Of a stretch of 43,430 nt of DNA, positions 37,809 to 43,430 are shown piece after piece. Position 1 is the first letter of the stretch. Every line of letters begins with the position of its first letter. Under the pieces are notes generated by a model. It saw only the letters and a program-made list of their open reading frames with translations, searched no databases and was not told the origin of the DNA. Where the stretch lies: assembly GCA_043810925.1 (NCBI GenBank), contig JBDRNT010000062.1:1-43430 (forward strand), read 5' to 3'. The position numbers and the translations under genes are program-made. Source of the DNA: Candidatus Eiseniibacteriota bacterium (lineage in GTDB: Bacteria > Arandabacterota > Arandabacteria > Arandabacterales > Arandabacteraceae).

Positions 37809-40385
37809 CTACTTCGTGATCACGATACTTCGGGACTTCTGTTCCCCGCCCGCCTGGAGGGTGACAAAGTAGACTCCGCCAGTCAAATCGCTGGCAGACC
37901 ACCAGGTCGTGCGAATGACTCCATCGCCGCTGGGAAGATCGCCGACATGACTGACAAGCCTCCCGCGCACGTCATAGACATCTAGGCTGACAGGCCCGGG
38001 ATGCCTCGATGCAAAGCGCAATAGGGTGCGGTCCCGAACAGGGTTCGGGTAGGGAGGGTCCAGCATGAGGTGAATCGCGGAACCACCCGCCACTTCCACG
38101 TCCACTCCGCTCAGCGGCGGAATGTCGATCTCCCAGGCACCGCGCCCATGAGTACCGGCAACGAGCTTCCTGGCGCTCCTGCGAATTTCCAGATCCAGAA
38201 CGACGGCATTCGGCAGTCCCACTTCGTGGGGTACCCAGTTCATCCCGCCGTTGGTGCTCGACCACACTCCCACGTCGGTGCCGATATACCACACTATCGG
38301 ATCGAGAGGATCAACAATCATCGTATTGACGGGCTGCGATCGAAGGTCTCCAGTCACATCCACCCAGCTGGCGCCCATGTCCGTGGTCATGGCGATGTGC
38401 GCTCGTCCCGCGGCGTATCCCGAGAAGGTCACAAACGCGGTATTCACATCGGTCGGATGAGCATGGATCTTGGTCTCGGCACCCGCGTAGAATCCGTATG
38501 GACCCGCATTCTGCCAGGTTTCAGCATCGTCCGTAGTAAACGTCACACCCTCTGAGTTCACCGTCCACACCACATCACCATTCACCGGGCTTATGGATAT
38601 CCAGGTGGCAGTTTGCGCGCCAACCAATCCCCAGCTGCTGCCTCCATTCGTGGTCCGGAAAATCCCATCGCTGGTGGATGTGAAGAGACGCGACGGCTGA
38701 TTCTGGTCCTCGTCCACCGGGGCAATCCAGGAACCACTGCCGGTAATCCCGTTCATAATGGTGAACCAGCTGGCCCCCCCGTTGACACTCTTAACATGAT
38801 TCCCGAACTGCCATTCGCCGTAGATCCGGTCCGCATTGTTGGGGTCCACGCTGCACACCATCCCGTCGGCGAGAAGTGTCGATACGGCCCACGTGTCAGG
38901 ATCCACCCGCCCGGGAATCCCGTTGTCCTGGGTCCCCCCCATCATGAAGGCGGGGTCCGATTGGGCGACGCAAATATCGTAGAACTGATAGGTGACCAGG
39001 CCTTCGCGCCGGGAGGACCAGGTCGCGCCGTCATCGGTGGACCTCCAAACGCCGCCGTCGGTGCAGACCCACACATTGCTGGTGGACCCGGGTTCATAGG
39101 CAATGGCATGATGATCCCAGTGCACATCAGTTTCGTTTCCCAGAATGAAGCCCTCGCCCGTCTTTGAGAAATTGACTCCACCGTCGGTTGAGCGATACAG
39201 ACTCACCCCGCCTGCGATCACCGTGTTGATATCATTCGGGTCCGCGGCCAGCGTGAGGTTGTACCAGCCTTGAGAGTTCACCATATTGAGTGTAGTGTTC
39301 TGCGGGACCCAGGTTTCGCCATTGTCGTCGCTACGGTAGACGCCCAGGGACTGTGAGTTCTGCGAGCTTGTGTAGTTCGCGTAGATCACACTCGGGTCGG
39401 CGGCTGAGACAGCGATCTTTGTCTTCCCAACCTCGTCACCCGGAGGCTGACCGGTTCCGGCCTTGTACCACGTAAGGCCGTCGTCTGTAGAAACCTTGAC
39501 ATTGTTATTGCCCAGGCCGAATCCCTTGGCCGCGTATACGCGGCTCGGATCTCCCGGTTTCCACTTCACATCGTACCACCGGCCGGTGGACTGTTCCTCG
39601 GTCCATGTCTCTCCATCGTCCGTCGATCGAAAGAGACCCTCGCGTGTCCCGGCCAGGATCGTTCCGGTGTATGGATTCGCCTCAATCACATTGGTTCCGC
39701 TTCCAGCGCTTACCGGGTAAGATAGGCCGGTGGTGCTCCAGGTCTCACCTCCATCGACCGACTTAAGAATACCCACGCCGAAGAGACCGGGGTAGGCGCC
39801 GGTTCCCTCGCCCGTGCCAATGAGAACGACATCCGGGTCCCAGGGAAGAACGCATATTGCGCCTACTGCAAGTGTCGGCAGCTCATCCGTGGTGGTCCTC
39901 CACGTGTCGCCGCCGTCGTCTGACTTCCATAACCCGCCACTGGCCGCTCCCACATATACGATGTCCGGATTCGTGGGGTGGAAATCGATCGAGATGATGC
40001 GGCCGGACATATTCACCGGCCCGATGGCGAACCAGCTTGCCAGGGGAGCTCTGCCGAGATCCGCTTCACGCTCCATGCGAGCCTGCCAGGCCTCCCAGCG
40101 GGCGCCGAAATCAGGGAGCTTGTCGTCCGTCATCCTCGGTTCCAGAAGCCACTTGACCCGGTTGTAGGGTTTCCAGCCGCTTCCCCTCTGTTCTTTGAGC
40201 TCAGGATATTCTTCGTAGAAGCGGGCCATCTCATTGAGCCAGACGAGTCCCGGATCATCGGCCACGTGATCTTCGGACGCGAATGCGCTCAAGGGTTGCA
40301 TGCCGATCACCCCGATGGAAATGCTCAGGACAGCAAGAAGGCAAACGTTTCGGAGTGTTCTCCGCAAACCGGCGATCATGGTCAT
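37809..40385 (-). CDS. Secreted BNR/Asp-box (VPS10/GH74-like) beta-propeller protein with FlgD/T9SS-like CTD
   Basis: Many SxDGGxTW Asp boxes, SGRI, GGTQDNG, AGTHGRG, tail PYPNP...YDVRGR...GVYFV. Start ATG 40385 after GAGGAG. Confidence 0.88.
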   Translation of the reverse strand: MTMIAGLRRTLRNVCLLAVLSISIGVIGMQPLSAFASEDHVADDPGLVWLNEMARFYEEYPELKEQRGSGWKPYNRVKWLLEPRMTDDKLPDFGARWEAWQARMEREADLGRAPLASWFAIGPVNMSGRIISIDFHPTNPDIVYVGAASGGLWKSDDGGDTWRTTTDELPTLAVGAICVLPWDPDVVLIGTGEGTGAYPGLFGVGILKSVDGGETWSTTGLSYPVSAGSGTNVIEANPYTGTILAGTREGLFRSTDDGETWTEEQSTGRWYDVKWKPGDPSRVYAAKGFGLGNNNVKVSTDDGLTWYKAGTGQPPGDEVGKTKIAVSAADPSVIYANYTSSQNSQSLGVYRSDDNGETWVPQNTTLNMVNSQGWYNLTLAADPNDINTVIAGGVSLYRSTDGGVNFSKTGEGFILGNETDVHWDHHAIAYEPGSTSNVWVCTDGGVWRSTDDGATWSSRREGLVTYQFYDICVAQSDPAFMMGGTQDNGIPGRVDPDTWAVSTLLADGMVCSVDPNNADRIYGEWQFGNHVKSVNGGASWFTIMNGITGSGSWIAPVDEDQNQPSRLFTSTSDGIFRTTNGGSSWGLVGAQTATWISISPVNGDVVWTVNSEGVTFTTDDAETWQNAGPYGFYAGAETKIHAHPTDVNTAFVTFSGYAAGRAHIAMTTDMGASWVDVTGDLRSQPVNTMIVDPLDPIVWYIGTDVGVWSSTNGGMNWVPHEVGLPNAVVLDLEIRRSARKLVAGTHGRGAWEIDIPPLSGVDVEVAGGSAIHLMLDPPYPNPVRDRTLLRFASRHPGPVSLDVYDVRGRLVSHVGDLPSGDGVIRTTWWSASDLTGGVYFVTLQAGGEQKSRSIVITK

Positions 40386-40406
40386 TATGATAGGCTCCTC
40401 GTTCAC

Positions 40407-40435
40407 ATTATACCACCACGCCCGGCTCATGTAAA
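40407..40435 (-). promoter_or_regulatory. Sigma70-type promoter of the BNR gene
   Basis: Minus strand TTTACA-17 nt-TATAAT with extended -10 TG. Confidence 0.75.
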
Positions 40436-40464
40436 CGCTCACCCGATAAGCAGATTGGTGAGGT

Positions 40465-40536
40465 CGGCTCCCCGGGCAAATGTCTGAAAGTGTCCTCTTG
40501 CTAGATGCTGTGGCACTCTTTGCACGAGGGATTGCA
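40465..40536 (+). repeat. Dispersed att-like element, copy 5
   Basis: CGGCTCCCCGGGCAAATGTCTGAAAGTGTCCTCTTGCTAGATGCTGTGGCA...GGGATTGCA aligns ungapped with copies 1 and 6. Confidence 0.88.
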
Positions 40537-40722
40537 TGATCACCTAACCCCTCGCCCCGAGCCGATACCGGACTCCGCGTAAGGGTACCGCTAGCGGCGA
40601 GAGCCTGCCGGCTCATATCATAGCACCCCACGATGATTCTCCTTGTTTCTGGAGCCTGACCAACTCGGGCGACCTAAGCAATCAAGTGATTCTCAAAGGG
40701 AATATGAAACCTTTCCTCCCCG

Positions 40723-40761
40723 TTATACGTATTGTATAATAGATTACACATATAGTGTAAT
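40723..40761. promoter_or_regulatory. Two tandem palindromic operators, probably for the adjacent TetR
   Basis: TTATAC-N5-GTATAA (40723-40739) and ATTACAC-N5-GTGTAAT (40743-40761); the first overlaps TATAAT at 40735. Confidence 0.75.
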
Positions 40762-40780
40762 GCAGATAGGAGGAGTCGAT

Positions 40781-41413
40781 ATGTCACGCAGAGAACTCGA
40801 GCGAGAGGCGCGCAGGCAGGCGATCATCGATGCCGCCCGGCGTCTATTCTTCGACAAAGGATTCGAGGAGACGACTATGGAGGATATCGCGGGGGAAGCC
40901 GATTACACCCGCAGAACCCTTTACGAATACTTCAGAAGCAGGGAAGAGATCTGCCTGCTGGTTGTCCTCGAAGGGTTAGATCTTCGTCAAGGTATTCAAC
41001 AGGAGGCCATGAGGGCCGCGAGCATTGGCCTTGAGAAGGTGAGACGCTGGGGCGAAGCCTTCTGGGAATTCGCGAAACGCTACCCCGCCTACCTGCACAT
41101 CCAGGCATACTGGGACTACAGGGGGATCGACCGGAATCGCATCGATACGGAGGTCTTCCAGCGTTTCGAGACGGCCAACGAACGTATCATCGAATCGCTA
41201 CGCGAAGCCTTCCGGCAAGGCATCGATGACGGGAGTATCCGCGGGGAGGAGTCCACCGACATGCTGATAAGCCACTACGCCTATACATTACGCACCGTGA
41301 TGAACAAGGCCCTGTTCCCAGCATACTCGTTTGCAAGTTTCGATTCCGAGGCATATGTGGCCGGATTTCTCGGTCTATTCATTCGGGCCATCGGCATAGG
41401 GAGGTCATCATGA
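40781..41413 (+). CDS. TetR/AcrR-family regulator
   Basis: AGGAGG RBS; AARRLFFDKGFEETTMEDIAGEADYTRRTLYEYF HTH. Confidence 0.93.
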   Translation: MSRRELEREARRQAIIDAARRLFFDKGFEETTMEDIAGEADYTRRTLYEYFRSREEICLLVVLEGLDLRQGIQQEAMRAASIGLEKVRRWGEAFWEFAKRYPAYLHIQAYWDYRGIDRNRIDTEVFQRFETANERIIESLREAFRQGIDDGSIRGEESTDMLISHYAYTLRTVMNKALFPAYSFASFDSEAYVAGFLGLFIRAIGIGRSS

Positions 41414-42345
41414 AAGTAGCCAGTACAGATCTTTTCAACGCGGCTCAAGTGGCCACGCGGTGGGGGCGGTGGCTGGATTTCCCGCTCCTGCGTATCCCGG
41501 TAGCCTTTCTATTTCTCGCGCCGGTAGTCGCCGGGCACAACCTGCTGATGATATTCGTAGTGGAGAAGTTGGCCCAGCCCTGGTTCGCCATATGCAGGGA
41601 TTGCCTATTTGTTGTGGAACCCATGGTGTTCATACTTCTCTATAGATGGTATGTGAGAAGGATCGAGAAACGGCGGCCTCTTGAAGTCTCCTTTGATGGG
41701 GCTGCAGGCGAGTTCGGCGCTGGCGCGTTGATGTCGCTCGGCATTGTGGGTATTGCCGTGCTTGCGTTGGTTGCGGCCGGGTCCTATCGGATAGAATCGC
41801 TCAACAATCCATGGACCATCGTTCACGCCTTCGCCGTCTTCACTTCGGGAGCATTGATACAGGTTTTGATCTTCCGGTTGATCCTGTTCCGGCTCTGCGA
41901 GGAGCTTCTTGGCACGTGGATCTCGGTGGCGGTCATCGCGCTGATTTTCGCCTCCGCACATATGGCAAATCCCAATGCATCGGCGATCTCGTTCGCTGCG
42001 CTAGCAGGCTCGGATATCCTACTCTTCGCCGGTTTCGTCCTGACCCGCAGGCTGTGGCTCGTGTGGGGAATCCACGCGGGGTGGAATTTCTTCCAAGACG
42101 GCTTGTTCGGCATGCCCAACTCGGGAGTGACGGAGTTGCCCAGCTGGATAGTGCCTGAGATTGGCGGACCTGCGTGGCTCTCCGGGGGTACGTTCGGGAT
42201 AGAGGCATCGGTGGGAGGCATCGCACTCCCGCTTATGACCGGTATCATGCTGTTCGTCATCGCAGCAAAAAGAAATCAGATCGTGCTGCCGCGCTGGATT
42301 CGCAATAGGCTCGCCCAGGCTCAAGGCATGTACTCACATAGATGA
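41410..42345 (+). CDS. CPBP (Abi/CAAX) intramembrane protease-family protein with degenerate first motif
   Basis: FASAH, HAGWN, GGTFGIEAS; ATGA overlap with tetR. Confidence 0.85.
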   Translation: MKVASTDLFNAAQVATRWGRWLDFPLLRIPVAFLFLAPVVAGHNLLMIFVVEKLAQPWFAICRDCLFVVEPMVFILLYRWYVRRIEKRRPLEVSFDGAAGEFGAGALMSLGIVGIAVLALVAAGSYRIESLNNPWTIVHAFAVFTSGALIQVLIFRLILFRLCEELLGTWISVAVIALIFASAHMANPNASAISFAALAGSDILLFAGFVLTRRLWLVWGIHAGWNFFQDGLFGMPNSGVTELPSWIVPEIGGPAWLSGGTFGIEASVGGIALPLMTGIMLFVIAAKRNQIVLPRWIRNRLAQAQGMYSHR

Positions 42346-42412
42346 ACATGGGATACAGACCTCGAGCAGGCAGACAAGAAGGTGAACGGTGCAATACCCC
42401 CAGGAAGTGGTG

Positions 42413-42505
42413 TGGCTCCCCGGACAAATGTCTGAAAGCGTGGTTTTGTGGGATAGGGTAGCGCTTGTGGCTAAACGGGTTGCGAGAGGACAGGTAAGGC
42501 TATCT
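42413..42505 (+). repeat. Dispersed att-like element, copy 6 (long form)
   Basis: TGGCTCCCCGGACAAATGTCTGAAAGCGTGGTTTTGTGGGAT...GTAAGGCTATCT. Confidence 0.92.
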
Positions 42506-42741
42506 CCCCCCCCCAAAAAACGATCTTCGCAAACTCTTGATGAGCGAAAAGTGTGTCAAGATCCCGAGTTCTTGGAGAGTCGTAAGAGGCCGACAGGCAT
42601 GACTGCCGGGGCCCACCGCGTCCCCTACTCTGCCAACCTTTTATGAGCACTAATGTAGTACCAAGTAAATGTATATAGCGGTTTTGATATAGTATTTATT
42701 CAATAGTCGGGCTTTTTCTTGTTTTGTCTGAGTCAATTCTC

Positions 42742-42771
42742 TTGACATAGCCACTGTGATCGTAGTAGCAT
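42742..42771 (+). promoter_or_regulatory. Possible sigma70-type promoter
   Basis: TTGACA-18 nt-TAGCAT, preceded by an AT-rich tract. Confidence 0.5.
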
Positions 42772-42902
42772 CACCAATTGCCATGGTCTCAATAAGGCGG
42801 GCATGGTGCCATTGAGACTTACAAATACCTTCTTTGGAGCCCAGGCCTCAGCGAGGGCAGGGGTTTCCTCAACCACAAGACCTGATTGAAAGGGGGCGTC
42901 GT

Positions 42903-43430
42903 ATGTCTAAGCGGTTGGGTATGACCTGCTTTTCGGTCTGTCTGGTGTACGTTGTGGTTTCGTTCGTTTCATCGGAAGCGCTTGAGAGGAGCTATGTTGA
43001 GGATTTCACGACACAGCAATACTGTGACACCCTGAACACAACTGCGTGGTGGGATACGGTTGGCGCTGAACTGAAGTTATACTCATTTCAACCTTCCCTT
43101 GTCGTCCACCTCGATACTCCAGGCAGCGCCCACTGGGCGGTGCTCGCCGGGGATTACGCATATGTGGCCGATTACACCGAAGGTTTTCTGGTGGTCGACG
43201 TCAGCGATCCTATGAATCCGACTGCCGTGGCGAGCGTCGATACTCCAGGTGCGGCCCACTACGTTGCTCTTGCGGGCGACTATGCCTACGTCGCTGATGC
43301 CACCGGAGGTCTTCGCGTGATCGATGTTAGCGATCCGACGAATCCGATCGAGGTGGCAAGCCTCGGCACTTCAGGATCAGCAGTGGCTGTGACTCTCGCC
43401 GGAGACTATGCCTATGTCGCTGCTCAATCC
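42903..43430 (+). CDS. Secreted LVIVD-repeat protein, 3' end outside window (absent from the ORF track)
   Basis: Hand translation MSKRLGMTCFSVCLVYVVV...DTPGSAHWAVLAGDYAYVADYTEGFLVVDVSDPMNP, repeated; open to the end of the window. Confidence 0.9.
   Translation, partial: MSKRLGMTCFSVCLVYVVVSFVSSEALERSYVEDFTTQQYCDTLNTTAWWDTVGAELKLYSFQPSLVVHLDTPGSAHWAVLAGDYAYVADYTEGFLVVDVSDPMNPTAVASVDTPGAAHYVALAGDYAYVADATGGLRVIDVSDPTNPIEVASLGTSGSAVAVTLAGDYAYVAAQS

Noticed and set aside
40386-40631. N-terminal extensions given in the ORF track for the BNR gene (also tetR, czcC, czcB)
   Set aside because: They cross promoters, the repeat or upstream genes; downstream starts have clear RBSs.
26900-42505. CRISPR array or integron attC interpretation of the repeat
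   Set aside because: Spacing is 1.7-7 kb, there are no cas or intI genes and no attC R-box ends, and modules occur in both orientations.
42661-42705. AT-rich TATATAG motifs resembling NrdR boxes
   Set aside because: Poor consensus match and no ribonucleotide reductase gene adjacent.

Overview
GC-rich bacterial window. FlgD/T9SS-like C-terminal domains, a PorV-like barrel and a C-terminal WGxIKxLYR motif suggest an FCB-related lineage (Eisenbacteria/Krumholzibacteria/Latescibacterota-like; inference). The left half holds a secreted S8 protease (5' end outside the window) and a tightly coupled six-gene operon: a 3632-aa surface protein, a PorV-like barrel with TPR tail, a HAMP-PP2C phosphatase, a STAS-kinase fusion, a STAS protein and a histidine kinase. 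An S41 peptidase, a TMTC-like TPR protein, a damaged SGNH gene and a secreted hypothetical protein follow. The main unexplained structure is in the right half (26.9-43.4 kb): six directly oriented intergenic copies of a 42-93 bp element (GGCTCCCCGGRCAARTGTCTGAAAGCGTGGTTCTGTGGGAT...) divide the region into self-contained modules (His-rich RGPP protein/EamA/YHS; 4Fe-4S/HMA; czcCBA-like; BNR hydrolase; TetR/CPBP; LVIVD protein). One copy has a matching 18-bp inverted arm centred on the GG where conservation of all copies begins, as in a serine-recombinase att site. The element also diverges mainly at third codon positions, like the C-terminal tail of a gene split at that GG. No recombinase, tRNA, rRNA or CRISPR array was seen in the window.
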